From: Dehalococcoidia bacterium
GTDB lineage: Bacteria > Chloroflexota > Dehalococcoidia > UBA2979
Direction of reading: 5' to 3'
Assembly (NCBI GenBank): GCA_965219085.1
Contig: OZ244720.1
Span: 3,200,001 to 3,264,000 of the forward strand
DNA length: 64,000 bases
Part shown: one piece after another, positions 39,116-49,227 of the stretch
How positions within the stretch are numbered: position 1 is the first letter of the stretch
Layout of the letters: every line of letters begins with the position of its first letter
Program-made: the position numbers and the translations under genes
The notes under the pieces: generated by a model
Database searches by the model: none
Seen by the model: the letters and a program-made list of their open reading frames with translations, nothing else
Told to the model about the DNA's origin: nothing

Positions 39116-39376
39116 CTAGTCGAATGTGGGCGGAGGGCGCATCCGAGGCGTACGGCGCGGCGGGACCAGCGTCTCGGTCCGCGCCCGCGGGTCGAGGAGC
39201 ACGTCCTTGATACTTGGCCTCGCGAAGCGCTCCATGCGGCGCCACTGCTCGATGGGGACCACCACGGCGGTCTCGACGCCCCGCCTCGTGACGATCTGCG
39301 GCCCCTCGGCGAGGGTTGCCTCGATGAGTTCGCTGAATCGAGCCTTGGCTTCCTGCACTTGCCACGTACCGCTCAT
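39116..39376 (-). CDS. Phd/YefM antitoxin
   Basis: WQVQEAKARFSELI..GPQIVTRRG..AVVVP. Confidence 0.9.
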   Translation of the reverse strand: MSGTWQVQEAKARFSELIEATLAEGPQIVTRRGVETAVVVPIEQWRRMERFARPSIKDVLLDPRARTETLVPPRRTPRMRPPPTFD

Positions 39377-39408
39377 GCACAACCTCCACCCCGTCACGGC
39401 TGACGCGC

Positions 39409-39428
39409 ACTAGTCGCCAGACTAGTCT
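39409..39428. promoter_or_regulatory. Putative TA autorepression operator
   Basis: Two ACTAGT palindromes, including AGACTAGTCT, just upstream of the antitoxin. Confidence 0.5.
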
Positions 39429-39488
39429 GTTCCAGCCGGCATGTCCATGCGGGCGAAGTCCCGATCGGCGCAGGCGGCGGGATCGGAG

Positions 39489-41126
39489 CTACGCCACCGG
39501 CTGCGCACGCTCGTCGACGTGGGATCCGTCGGGACCGAGGGTGACGACGCCGACCATGCCGCCGTGGGTGAGCGTGGGCAGCCCGCCGTGCGTGAGCGAG
39601 GCGCCGTTCGATGCGGGCGCCGGTACTGCAACAGCCTCGGGCTCTTCGTCGCCCTCGCCGCGCATCTGTCGATCGGCCTCTTCGCGCGTCATGCGGCCCT
39701 CGGCGACGGCCGTGGCGGCCTGCGCCGGGGACAGCTTCGCGGCGCGGCCTGGCGTGACGCGGAGATCGCGGATCTGCTTGCTGAAGATGAAGAACGCCAG
39801 CAGCGTCAGGATCATGAGAGCCGATGCGCCCGCCACCGACGCCGGCGCGCCGATGATGTCGGCGAGGATCGTCATCGGCAGGACGCCGAGCGGCATCATC
39901 CCGAACGACATCATCAGCATCGACAGCACCCGGCCGCGGTAGCGCTCGGGTACGCGCGCCTGGATGACCGAGTTGTTCGTCGTCATGAACAGCATGCCGC
40001 CGACGTTGCCGAGTGCGAAGAAGGCGGCGGCGATGGCGAAGGTCGGCGTGAGCGCGAACGCGATGAAGAACAGGCCCTGGATCACCGCGCCCGCGAGCAT
40101 GATGCGGCCCTTGAGGGGCATCGTGTCCATGGTCGTCGAAAGCAGTGCGCCGATCAGCCCGCCCACTCCGGCCGAGGCCATGAGAATGCCGAGCGCCGAC
40201 GGTCCCATCTCGAACACTTCCTCGGCGAAGACCGGCAGCATCAGTTGGACCGGGAAGGCGAAGAGCGGCATGACCAGCCCGGTGAGGATCAACAGCCGGA
40301 TCAGCGGGTTGGTCATCGAGTAGCGGAAGCCCTCGGCCATCTCGGACATGAACTTGCCGTGGTCGGTCTTCGAGACCATGCCGTGACGCGGCAGCAGCAG
40401 CGTGGTGCCGATGGCGACGACGTACAGCAGGACGGAGAAGGTCCACACCGGGCCGATGCCGAGCGGGATGAGCAGCACGCCGGCGATCGCGGGACCGATG
40501 ATGCGCGTGACGTTCATCCCACCCATCTGCAGCGAGACGGCGTTCATCATCTTGTGCTGCGGGATGAGCTGCGGCACGAGCGCGTTCCTCGCGGGCATCG
40601 CGAGCGCGATCGTGAGTCCGAGGAACACCGAGCCGGCGAGCAGGTGCCAGAACTCGATCATGTCGGCGAAGATCAGCACCGCCAGCACCATGTTCGCCAC
40701 CGCGACGATCGACTGCGTTAAGATCAGCAGCGTGCGCTTGTTGTAGCGGTCCGCGATCACCCCGCCGAACGGCGAGACGAAGAGCATCGGCAGCGCGATG
40801 CCGAGCGCGACGAGCCCGAGCGCGGAGGCAGCATTGGTCAGCTCGAACGCGAGGTACCCGCGCAGGAGCTGGTTCATCTGCATAGCCATGAAGAAGGCGA
40901 GGTTGCCGCCGAAGTAGATGGCGTAGTCGCGCTCGCTGAGCGCGGTGAAGGTGCGGCCCCACTCGCTGAAGCTGCGCGGCGCCTTCGCGCTCGCGCGCGC
41001 CTCCATCATGCTCATCGGGCGGGCTTCCGGCCCGCCGTTCGAGGTGTGCGCGCCGTTCGAGCCGTTCTGGCCGCTTGAGCCGTTCAGGCTATTCGAGCCG
41101 TGTGAGCCGTTGGCTCCGTTGGTCAT
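39489..41126 (-). CDS. MFS transporter (MFS-4) with long low-complexity tails
   Basis: GGVIADRYNKR, PARNALVP, YRGRVLS; Asn/Gly-rich N-tail. Confidence 0.92.
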   Translation of the reverse strand: MTNGANGSHGSNSLNGSSGQNGSNGAHTSNGGPEARPMSMMEARASAKAPRSFSEWGRTFTALSERDYAIYFGGNLAFFMAMQMNQLLRGYLAFELTNAASALGLVALGIALPMLFVSPFGGVIADRYNKRTLLILTQSIVAVANMVLAVLIFADMIEFWHLLAGSVFLGLTIALAMPARNALVPQLIPQHKMMNAVSLQMGGMNVTRIIGPAIAGVLLIPLGIGPVWTFSVLLYVVAIGTTLLLPRHGMVSKTDHGKFMSEMAEGFRYSMTNPLIRLLILTGLVMPLFAFPVQLMLPVFAEEVFEMGPSALGILMASAGVGGLIGALLSTTMDTMPLKGRIMLAGAVIQGLFFIAFALTPTFAIAAAFFALGNVGGMLFMTTNNSVIQARVPERYRGRVLSMLMMSFGMMPLGVLPMTILADIIGAPASVAGASALMILTLLAFFIFSKQIRDLRVTPGRAAKLSPAQAATAVAEGRMTREEADRQMRGEGDEEPEAVAVPAPASNGASLTHGGLPTLTHGGMVGVVTLGPDGSHVDERAQPVA

Positions 41127-41358
41127 GCAACTCCAGTCGGTACGCGCCAGTCCGCGGTGGTGGGCGGGGCGGGCTCGGGCGAGACGAGCCGCATGCCGGG
41201 GCGCGTTACGTTCGGTGAGTGTTCCACCTTACGTGAGGTTTCACGTTGTTGCCAGCCCTTCGGACGCACCGACTACCCACGCGCGTCGAGTGCGGCCGCG
41301 AGGTCGCGCTCGACGTGTCCAGTGTTCGATGCCGCAGGCCCTGCCTGCGTTCGTTTGC

Positions 41359-42303
41359 CTACTCCGAGGCGATCTCCCCCAGCAGCTCCAGCGTGCGCTG
41401 ACGCGCTTCCGAGCCGCCCTCGGGCAGCTGCACGAGCGCTGCGAGCATCTCGTCGACGCCGTACTCGCCGATCGACCGCACGCGGTCGCCGACCTCGTTG
41501 GCGGAGCCCGAGATGATCAGGCCGTCCGCCATGCGGTCCGTGAACTCCCCGCCGGCCGCCTCCTCGTAGCCGGCCGCCTGTAGCATCCGCGAGTAAAACG
41601 GCATCCGCTGGTAGAAGCCGAACTGCTGCCTCGCGGCCGCGCGGACCGCGTCGCGGTCCTCGCTGACCACGATGGGCGTATGCACGATCATCGCCGGCTT
41701 CGGGCGGCCCGCGGCGTCGGCGCCCTCCTGCTGGGCGGGCGTGGCGATGTCGCGGATGTACGGCAGCGGGCACATCCAGGAGATGCCGCCCTCGGTCAGC
41801 TCGCCGCTGAGGCGGAACGAGCCGGTCCGCAGCGCCGAGATCATGACGCGCACCTGCGTTGGCTGGGCGATACGGGCGTGGGCGCTCAACTGCTCGCCGT
41901 CGAAGTCCACCGAGCCCTCGTTGAGCAGCGCATTGAGGACCGTCACGTACTCGCGGAGGTGGCTCAGCGGCTTGTTGAACGGCAGGCCCCACGTGCCCTC
42001 GATCGCCGGGCGGTGGCTCGGCCCGACGCCGAGCTTGAGCCGCCCGGGCGCGAGCTGGTCCACCGTCATCGCGCCCGCCGCCATCGTGATCGGGTGGCGC
42101 GGGAACGTCGGGACGATCGAGGTGCCGAACGTGATGCGCTCCGCGGTGTGCGCGGCCGAGGCGAACACGGCGAACGGATCGGGCGCGGCGCCGCCCACGG
42201 TCAGCCACGCCGTGTCGAGGCCGAGCCGGTCGGCCTCGACGATGCGCGCGATCAGCCCGGGCGCGTCGGCCGCGACGATGTGGACGCTGAGCGGGACGGT
42301 CAC
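41359..42303 (-). CDS. LLM-class oxidoreductase (possibly F420-dependent)
   Basis: FGTSIVPTFPRHP, APGRLKLGVGPSH, LREYV. Confidence 0.88.
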   Translation of the reverse strand: MTVPLSVHIVAADAPGLIARIVEADRLGLDTAWLTVGGAAPDPFAVFASAAHTAERITFGTSIVPTFPRHPITMAAGAMTVDQLAPGRLKLGVGPSHRPAIEGTWGLPFNKPLSHLREYVTVLNALLNEGSVDFDGEQLSAHARIAQPTQVRVMISALRTGSFRLSGELTEGGISWMCPLPYIRDIATPAQQEGADAAGRPKPAMIVHTPIVVSEDRDAVRAAARQQFGFYQRMPFYSRMLQAAGYEEAAGGEFTDRMADGLIISGSANEVGDRVRSIGEYGVDEMLAALVQLPEGGSEARQRTLELLGEIASE

Positions 42304-42305
42304 CG

Positions 42306-43070
42306 CTAACGCCCGACGAAGTTCGGCTGGCGCTTCTCGGCGAAGGCGACCTTCGCCTCCTGCGCGTCCTCGGTGCGCTGCAGGATGGCCGTGCGCGTCT
42401 GCTCGAAGCGGTAGCCGTTGCGGAGGTCCATGTCCTCGATGACGTTGAGGTTCTCCTTCGCGAGGCGGATCCCGATCGGCATCTTCGACACGATCTCCTC
42501 GGCCTCCGCCATCGCGACGTCCATGAGGTCCTCGACCGGGACGACGCGGTCGACGGCGCCGAGGCGGTGGGCCTCCTGCGCGTCCAGGCGGCGGGCGGTG
42601 TAGTGCATCATCCGCACGACGTGCTGCGGGAACAGCCGCATCGCGTGGCGGGCGCCGCCGAGCAGTCCGACGTCGATCTCCGGCAGGCCGAAGACCGCGC
42701 GCTCCGAGGCGATCAGGTAGTCGCACGAGGCGGCGATAGCGAGACCCGCGCCGAGCGCCGGGCCGTTGATCGCGCCGATCACGGGCACCGCGCACTCCAT
42801 GATCGAGTAGAAGTTCTCCCGGCCCTCGCGCGAACCGGTGCGCTCCGGCCGCAGGGCGCGGTCGCCGCGCGCCGCCGCCTTGATGTCGGCGCCGGCGCAG
42901 AAGACGCGGTCACCCTGCCCGGTGAGGACGATGACACGAGCGTCCTCGTCGGCGCTGATGGTGTCGAAGGTGCCCTGGATGTCCCACTCGGGGGACATCG
43001 CGTTCACGGGCGGGTTGTCGAAGACGACCAGCCGCACGTGACCGTGCTTCTCGACTCGAAGTTCGGACAT
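42306..43070 (-). CDS. Enoyl-CoA hydratase/isomerase
   Basis: DNPPVNA, FCAGADI, GAINGPALGAG, FGLPEIDVG. Confidence 0.92.
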   Translation of the reverse strand: MSELRVEKHGHVRLVVFDNPPVNAMSPEWDIQGTFDTISADEDARVIVLTGQGDRVFCAGADIKAAARGDRALRPERTGSREGRENFYSIMECAVPVIGAINGPALGAGLAIAASCDYLIASERAVFGLPEIDVGLLGGARHAMRLFPQHVVRMMHYTARRLDAQEAHRLGAVDRVVPVEDLMDVAMAEAEEIVSKMPIGIRLAKENLNVIEDMDLRNGYRFEQTRTAILQRTEDAQEAKVAFAEKRQPNFVGR

Positions 43071-43116
43071 GACGTGCTCCTCTCGTGCGGCTCGGCGCCG
43101 CCGTCGGTGATGGTTG

Positions 43117-43923
43117 CTAGCGGCCGACGAAGACCGGGTCGCGGCGCTCCAGGAACGAGTTGACGCCCTCGAGGCCGTCCTCGCTCCGGAACATGATGTG
43201 CACGAACGGGCTCGTCAGGTCCTGCACGCGTGCGAGGTCGTTCTCCTCGAGCATGTACACCATGCGCTTGATGGCGGCCATGCTCAGCGGCGGCCCGCTC
43301 GCGATCTCCGTCGCCAGCTCGATGGAGCGGTCCATGAGCTGCTCGCGCGGCACGACGTCCATCACGAGGCCGAGCTCGAGCGCCTCCTGGGCGTTGACGC
43401 GGCGGCCGGTGAACATCAGCTCGAGGCCTCGCTGTGCGCCGACGATCTTCGGCAGCATGTAGCCGAGACCGAAGTCCGCGATGATGCCGCGCTTGGTCTG
43501 GGCGACCTGGAAGATGGTGTCCTCGGCCGCGATGCGCAGGTCGGTAGCGAGTGCGAGCCCGAAGCCCATGCCGACGGCGTAGCCGTTGATGGCGCCGATG
43601 ATCGGTACGTCGCAGTCGCGCAGGTGGCGGATGGCGTAGCTCTCGGGGTGCGCGCGCCGCCACGGGTCGGGCTTCCTGTCCGGGTTGGCGCCCGGGAAGC
43701 CGGTGACGTCGCCACCGGCGCAGAACGCGCGTCCCTCGCCGCTCAGCACGATCGCCCGCACGTTGTACTCGCCGTCGTTGAGGCGGTCGATGAAGTCGAG
43801 CATCTCGGTCTGCATGGCCGGCGCCCAGGCGTTGAGCTTCTCCGGCCGGTTGAGCTTGATGATGGCGATCTGGTCGCGTTCCTCGACAGTGATCGCCTCG
43901 TACTTCGTTGCTGTGGTTGTCAT
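43117..43923 (-). CDS. Enoyl-CoA hydratase/isomerase
   Basis: LNRPEKLNA, FCAGGD, AINGYAVGMG; close paralog of 57858. Confidence 0.92.
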   Translation of the reverse strand: MTTTATKYEAITVEERDQIAIIKLNRPEKLNAWAPAMQTEMLDFIDRLNDGEYNVRAIVLSGEGRAFCAGGDVTGFPGANPDRKPDPWRRAHPESYAIRHLRDCDVPIIGAINGYAVGMGFGLALATDLRIAAEDTIFQVAQTKRGIIADFGLGYMLPKIVGAQRGLELMFTGRRVNAQEALELGLVMDVVPREQLMDRSIELATEIASGPPLSMAAIKRMVYMLEENDLARVQDLTSPFVHIMFRSEDGLEGVNSFLERRDPVFVGR

Positions 43924-44026
43924 GGCTCCTCCTCGGGCCGATCCGGGTCGGCCGTGTTCGCACGCGTGCATGCTACCGCGTACGAGGGTGGTAGGGGCGG
44001 CGGGTGGTGCGGTGGCGCTGCGCTGT

Positions 44027-44293
44027 TCAGTGCGCTCGATCGGCCTTCGCGCGCGCCGCCCTCGGCAACGGGTCGGAGCGCCACGGATCGTGACCCGCCC
44101 GGCGGGCCATCGCGCGACGGTACGCGGGCACGACGATGAGGAGCAGCGCGCCGAGCAGGCCGGCGACGCCAAACACGCCGAACGCGGCGCCGGCCAGCGC
44201 CGCGACCGCACGGTGCCGCGCGCCATCGCTGAGCATCGCTCCGCCGATCGCCATCAGCATGGAAAGACCGAGCGCGAACAGCAGCACTTCCAC
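44027..44293 (-). CDS. Small two-TM membrane protein
   Basis: GAGGAGG RBS plus GTG; two hydrophobic stretches. Confidence 0.5.
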   Translation of the reverse strand: MEVLLFALGLSMLMAIGGAMLSDGARHRAVAALAGAAFGVFGVAGLLGALLLIVVPAYRRAMARRAGHDPWRSDPLPRAARAKADRAH

Positions 44294-44371
44294 TGGCGCG
44301 ACTCCTCCTCGACCGTTGGGCTCTGTTCCGCCCACGCGTGGCAGTGTACGGCGGGCGCCGGGCCGGCGGAG

Positions 44372-46336
44372 ATGGATGCGCTGGACGGCGACCTGCCGCA
44401 CCATGTCGAGGTGTCCACGATCTGGCTTCGACGAGGCGCCGCCGTTCTGGTGGCTTTCGCCTTCGCGGTGGTGCTTTTGGCCGCGCTGACGCTGCAGGCG
44501 CTGAGCGCTACGTTCGCCCGCGCCGAGTTCTACCCCGAGCAACTGGAGCGCGCGGACGTCTACCGCTTCATCAGCGCCGACCTAGCCGACGCGTTCATCG
44601 AGGACCTGCGACAGCTCGACGCCGACCAGTTCGGCGAGGACTTCACCGGCAACCCCGTTGCGGTCTCTGGGCTCACCACGCGCCAGGTCGCGGACGCGAT
44701 GCGCCGCGGGCTCCCGCCCGAGGACCTGGAAGCACTGCTCGCTCCCGCCTTCGAGCAGGCCGCCGAATACGCAGCGGGCGAACGGGACGAGGTCACGATC
44801 ACCATCGGCGCGGGCCGGCACGTCGAAGCCCTGGTGCGCGAGCTGACAGCCTTGATGCGCGAGTCCGGCGCGTACGGTCGCCTCCTCGACGACGAGTTCG
44901 AGCCGATGTTCCGTGAGTGGGCCGACGAGGCGCTACCGGCGGGTGAGGCGGACTCGGCCTGGCTCACGTTCCTCCGCGGCGCCGAGACCGGCGACAGCCT
45001 CGTCCGCGTGTTCAGGCGCGTCGTGACGCCCGAGTGGCTGGCCGGCGAGGTCGAGCAGTCCGCCGACGAGCTCACCGCCTACCTCGTCGGCAACGCCGAG
45101 GGATTCGAACTCCGCATCGAACTCGACGACGCCCAGGCGACGGCAGCCGCCGAGGAGCTGGAGGCGATCCTGGGTGACGCCGACGCGTACGACCTCGCGC
45201 GGGCCGCGGTGATCGAACCGGCGGTGGAGGAGCACGTGGTCGCGGCTGCCGAGCTGCCTTACGGCATCACCCTGACCCGCGAGGAGGCCCGAGCGGCGCT
45301 GCTCGAGGCCGTGTCGCCGGCGTGGGTCGAGCAACAGGCCCGGGTGCTGGCGCGCGGGGTCAGCGCGTACGTGACCGGGCAAGCCGATGGATTCGCCGCC
45401 GAGATCGACCTCGCGTCCGTCAAGGCGGACGCAGCCGCCGCCCTCACCGACGCCGCGACGGCCAACCTCGAAGCGTCGCTGCGCGACCTGCCGCCATGCA
45501 CGACCGCCGCGGAGATAGCAGCGGCGCGAGACGCGGCGCGGCGGTCGTTGCCCCCGTGTATCCCGCCGGGCGTGACCGCGAGCGAGCTGGCGAGCCAGGT
45601 ACGACCCGACATCGCCGCCTCGATCGCCGCGTTCATCGTCGAGCCCGTGCCCGACACGGTGCTGCTCACCGAGTCGGACCTCCGCGCCGCCATCCGGCAA
45701 GACGGCGGCGCGGAGGCGCTGACCGCCCTCGATGACCTCCGGGGGCTGTCCGCCGAGGGCTGGACGTACACGGACTCTGACCTCCGCAACGACCTCTCCG
45801 ACGACGATGCCGCCACGCTGGACGACGTGCGTTCGTTCCTCGGTGAGGGTTACGTCATCGAGGTCTCAGTCGGGGATGACGAGGGCCTCGAGGCTGCGCT
45901 GGACGACGTACGCGAATGGACGGAGGCGGTGAGCCGGGCTCGCTGGGTGGCATTCGTGTTCGCGATAGCGCTGCTGGCGGCGGTGGGAGCGCTGGGCGGC
46001 ACGAGTTGGCGCGGGCGGGTCGTGTGGGGCGCCGCCGCACTGCTCGCGGCGGCCGTGCCGATCGCACTCGTGTCGGGGCCGGTGTACCAGGCGGCATCGG
46101 GTGCACTGCTCGATGCGATCCGCGACGAGATCGCAAGCGACCCCCGCGCGACGTTCGCGCTCACCTCCGAGCTCCTCACCAACAAGCTCATCGACATCGT
46201 CGAGGTGAGCGCCGACGCGTTCGCAGGGAGCATCGCGCGGAACAGCCTGGTGCTCGCCGTCCTGGGCGCCATCGCGCTCGGGGTGTCGCTGTCCTGGGAC
46301 CGCATCACCGAGGCCGTGGACCGCGCCCGGGGCTGA
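44372..46336 (+). CDS. Large membrane-anchored protein with three helical repeats
   Basis: N-terminal TM, acidic helical domain, three C-terminal TMs; start uncertain (44372 or 44411). Confidence 0.7.
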   Translation: MDALDGDLPHHVEVSTIWLRRGAAVLVAFAFAVVLLAALTLQALSATFARAEFYPEQLERADVYRFISADLADAFIEDLRQLDADQFGEDFTGNPVAVSGLTTRQVADAMRRGLPPEDLEALLAPAFEQAAEYAAGERDEVTITIGAGRHVEALVRELTALMRESGAYGRLLDDEFEPMFREWADEALPAGEADSAWLTFLRGAETGDSLVRVFRRVVTPEWLAGEVEQSADELTAYLVGNAEGFELRIELDDAQATAAAEELEAILGDADAYDLARAAVIEPAVEEHVVAAAELPYGITLTREEARAALLEAVSPAWVEQQARVLARGVSAYVTGQADGFAAEIDLASVKADAAAALTDAATANLEASLRDLPPCTTAAEIAAARDAARRSLPPCIPPGVTASELASQVRPDIAASIAAFIVEPVPDTVLLTESDLRAAIRQDGGAEALTALDDLRGLSAEGWTYTDSDLRNDLSDDDAATLDDVRSFLGEGYVIEVSVGDDEGLEAALDDVREWTEAVSRARWVAFVFAIALLAAVGALGGTSWRGRVVWGAAALLAAAVPIALVSGPVYQAASGALLDAIRDEIASDPRATFALTSELLTNKLIDIVEVSADAFAGSIARNSLVLAVLGAIALGVSLSWDRITEAVDRARG

Positions 46337-46412
46337 CGCCACGCCTCGACTCGGTTGTGACGAGGGCCGGTGGCGATGGCCCTGAGCAGAGGGCGACGTA
46401 TCATGTCGCGCC

Positions 46413-47915
46413 ATGCTGAATCGTCCCGTCCCGGCCTCCGACGGCAGCGCAGCAGGCACCGCCCCGGCCGCCGCACCGCCGCCGCGACGGCGCGCGCCGT
46501 CGTGGTGGCCGAACATCTACTACGGCTGGTACATGGCCACCGCGGGGGCGGCCAGCAACTTCCTCGTGCTGGGCATCACGGTCTTCGGATTCGGCGTGTT
46601 CATCCCGTCGCTGCGCGACGAGATGGGCTGGACGATCGCGCAGATCTCGATCGCATTCTCGTTGCGCAGCTTCGAGAACGGGCTGCTCGCGCCGTTCACG
46701 GGGTTCATGGTCGACAAGCTCGGCGCGCGCCGGATGGCGTTCACCGGGCTGTTCGCGCTCGTCGTCGGGCTGCTGCTGTTCTCGCAGTCGCGGACCATCT
46801 GGGCGTTCTACGCCGCGAGCCTCGTGATGGCTCTCGGGCAGAGCCTCGGCTCGTTCACGCCGTTCAGCGCGGCGCTGATGAACTGGTTCACGCGCCAACG
46901 CGGCCGCGCGATGGGCCTGGTGTCGACGGGCAACGGCGCGGGAGGCCTCGCCGCGCCGGTCCTCGCGGCGATGATCGTGTACATCGGCTGGCGCGAGACG
47001 GCGATTGTCGCCGCGCTCACCATCGGCATCGTCGGTTTCCCGCTCGCGATGACGCTCCGCGACCGCCCCGAGCCGTACGGTTACGGCCCCGACGGTGTGC
47101 CGCTCGACGAGGCCGCGCGCCAGCGAGTTGCACGCGACGGTGCGGCCACCAGCGCGACGGGCATGAGTGTCGGCGAGGTACTGCGCACACCTGCGTTCTA
47201 CCTGCTCGCGATGTCGTCCGGGTTGGGCGGCGCGATCCTCGGCACGTGGATCGTGCACCAGATCCCGCACCTCGAGTCGACGGGGTTCTCGCTCACGGCG
47301 GCCGCGTCGATCGCCGGCTTCTACGCCGTGTTCCAGATCGCCATGCGCTACGTGCTCGGCTGGGTCGGCGACATGGTCGGACGGCGTCCGATGTTCGTCG
47401 CGTCCTTCGTGCTGATCGGGATCGGGCTGCTGGTGTTCAGCAGGCTCAACCCCAGTCAGTTGTGGCTCATCCCGGTGTACTACCTCACGTTCGCGACCGG
47501 GCACGCGACGTTCGTCGTGATGAGCCAGACCGTCGTCGCCGACTACTTCGGCACGAGGCGGTTCGCTACGATCCGCGGGTTGTCCCACAGCACGGCGATG
47601 CCGCTCGGCATCATCGGCCCGGTGTTCGCGGGCTGGATGTTCGACACCACCGGCAGCTACCAGATCGCGTTCACGGTGCTGTCGAGCTGCGCGGTCTTCG
47701 CGGCGATCTGCATCCTGCTCATCCGCCGGCCGCAGTGGAGCGAACTCGTCCCGGCCTCGACGCCCTCGGCGCCAACGACGCCAACGATGTCCGTGCCATC
47801 GGCGGCGGCGGCGATGGTGCCTGCACAGGCCGCGGCAGCGATTCCGGCCGTGCCTGGCGCGGCCGCCCCTGCACCCCCGTCGACGCACCGCGGCATGGGC
47901 GCCGACGGCTGGTAG
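46413..47915 (+). CDS. MFS transporter (MFS-5)
   Basis: YYGWYM, DKLGARR, WFTRQRGRAMG, ADYFG. Confidence 0.92.
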   Translation: MLNRPVPASDGSAAGTAPAAAPPPRRRAPSWWPNIYYGWYMATAGAASNFLVLGITVFGFGVFIPSLRDEMGWTIAQISIAFSLRSFENGLLAPFTGFMVDKLGARRMAFTGLFALVVGLLLFSQSRTIWAFYAASLVMALGQSLGSFTPFSAALMNWFTRQRGRAMGLVSTGNGAGGLAAPVLAAMIVYIGWRETAIVAALTIGIVGFPLAMTLRDRPEPYGYGPDGVPLDEAARQRVARDGAATSATGMSVGEVLRTPAFYLLAMSSGLGGAILGTWIVHQIPHLESTGFSLTAAASIAGFYAVFQIAMRYVLGWVGDMVGRRPMFVASFVLIGIGLLVFSRLNPSQLWLIPVYYLTFATGHATFVVMSQTVVADYFGTRRFATIRGLSHSTAMPLGIIGPVFAGWMFDTTGSYQIAFTVLSSCAVFAAICILLIRRPQWSELVPASTPSAPTTPTMSVPSAAAAMVPAQAAAAIPAVPGAAAPAPPSTHRGMGADGW

Positions 47916-47943
47916 CCGCGGCGACGCCGATTCCAGATCAACG

Positions 47944-47999
47944 TTGACTCGCGTGCCGGTCGCGACTCACAATGACTCACAGTGAGTCATATGCGAGTC
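47944..47999 (+). promoter_or_regulatory. TA promoter/operator
   Basis: TTGACT -35-like element; perfect palindrome ATGACTCAC-A-GTGAGTCAT (47972-47990) plus additional GACTC half-sites. Confidence 0.65.
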
Positions 48000-48013
48000 G
48001 CTCGGAGGTGACC

Positions 48014-48268
48014 ATGCAGCAACTGACAGTACGAGGATTCGACGACGAACTCAGTGACCGGCTCAAGGGACTTGCGCAACGCGAGGGCATCTCCCTCAAC
48101 CAGGCGGCGCTACGTCTGCTCCGCAAGGGAGCGGGCCTGCCCGAAACCGGCGGACCGATCGGCAACAGTCTCGACCACCTGTTCGGCGTGTGGACCGCCG
48201 AAGAGGCCGATGAATTCGATGCGGCGGTTGCCGAGTTTGACACGATCGATGAGTCCGCTTGGCAGTGA
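48014..48268 (+). CDS. Ribbon-helix-helix antitoxin
   Basis: QLTVRGFDDEL..LAQREGISLNQ; GGAGG RBS; overlaps vapC. Confidence 0.82.
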   Translation: MQQLTVRGFDDELSDRLKGLAQREGISLNQAALRLLRKGAGLPETGGPIGNSLDHLFGVWTAEEADEFDAAVAEFDTIDESAWQ

Positions 48269-48663
48269 GACTCACCCTTGATACGAGCGCGTACTCGCAA
48301 CTGATGAGCGGCGAGCAGAGGGTCGCGGAACTCGTCAGGCGAGCCGACACAGTGATGTTGTCCGCGATCGTCCTCGGCGAGCTGCTGGCGGGGTTTCGCA
48401 AGGGGTCCCGGCTCGAGCGGAATCTTCAGGAGCTTCGGGCGTTCCTCGACATCCCGCTCGTCGCCGTTGTACCCGTAGGCGAGACAACGGCTGATCGCTA
48501 CTCACGGATCAAGGAGGCCCTTCGCGCGAAGGGTCGGCCCGTTCCGTCAAACGATGCCTGGATCGCAGCGCACGCCATGGAGACGGGCGCTGACCTCGTC
48601 TCGGCCGATCGACACTTCGAGGACATCGACGGCGTCGTCCTGGTCCGGTTGTCGCCACGCTAG
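48265..48663 (+). CDS. vapC: VapC PIN toxin
   Basis: LDTSAY, VLGELL, NDAWIAAHA, SADRHF. Confidence 0.92.
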   Translation: MRLTLDTSAYSQLMSGEQRVAELVRRADTVMLSAIVLGELLAGFRKGSRLERNLQELRAFLDIPLVAVVPVGETTADRYSRIKEALRAKGRPVPSNDAWIAAHAMETGADLVSADRHFEDIDGVVLVRLSPR

Positions 48664-48670
48664 CCACCGC

Positions 48671-49096
48671 CTACGACCCCTCGGCCTCGCTCCACAGGTA
48701 GCGCCCCGTCGCCAGGGCGATCACCACGAACAGCGCGTCGACGATCGGGAAGTAGATGAGGTGCGACGTGACTGCGTCGCCGGTTTCGCTGTCCGGGTTG
48801 AGCGTCCAGATCCACCCCCAGAAGAACAGCATCGCCAGCACGACCGCGCCGTAGAACGCGAAGCTCACCCGCACATACTCCACCACCGAGGGCTCCATGC
48901 CGGCCTGCCCACGCTTGCGCATGAAGCCGACGATCAGCGCCACGAGCGTCGAAGCGGCCATGAACCAGTTGATGATCTCCCACACCGGGTAGTCCGCGGC
49001 GCCGTCGTGGTAGACCGGCGTGAGGATGAGGTTCACGAACACTGCGATCGCCGTCGCGACGAGCAGAACCGACAAGGCCCGTTGCACCAGCTCCAT
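48671..49096 (-). CDS. Hypothetical four-TM membrane protein
   Basis: Four hydrophobic helices; GGAGG RBS. Confidence 0.7.
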   Translation of the reverse strand: MELVQRALSVLLVATAIAVFVNLILTPVYHDGAADYPVWEIINWFMAASTLVALIVGFMRKRGQAGMEPSVVEYVRVSFAFYGAVVLAMLFFWGWIWTLNPDSETGDAVTSHLIYFPIVDALFVVIALATGRYLWSEAEGS

Positions 49097-49227
49097 GATT
49101 GCTCGCACCTCCCCGCCTGATACCGGGAATCACCTTCGTTGTGCCCAACATACGCCCGCGCACCAGGTGAGTGGCACTGCCGGGCGACGAACCATTCAAG
49201 GCGAGCTGGCCCTATAGTTAACGTTCA

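Noticed and set aside
41230-41246. ACGTGA-GGTT-TCACGT inverted repeat upstream of MFS-4
   Set aside because: Short, single occurrence, and the spacing does not fit a CRP/FNR site; cannot be supported.
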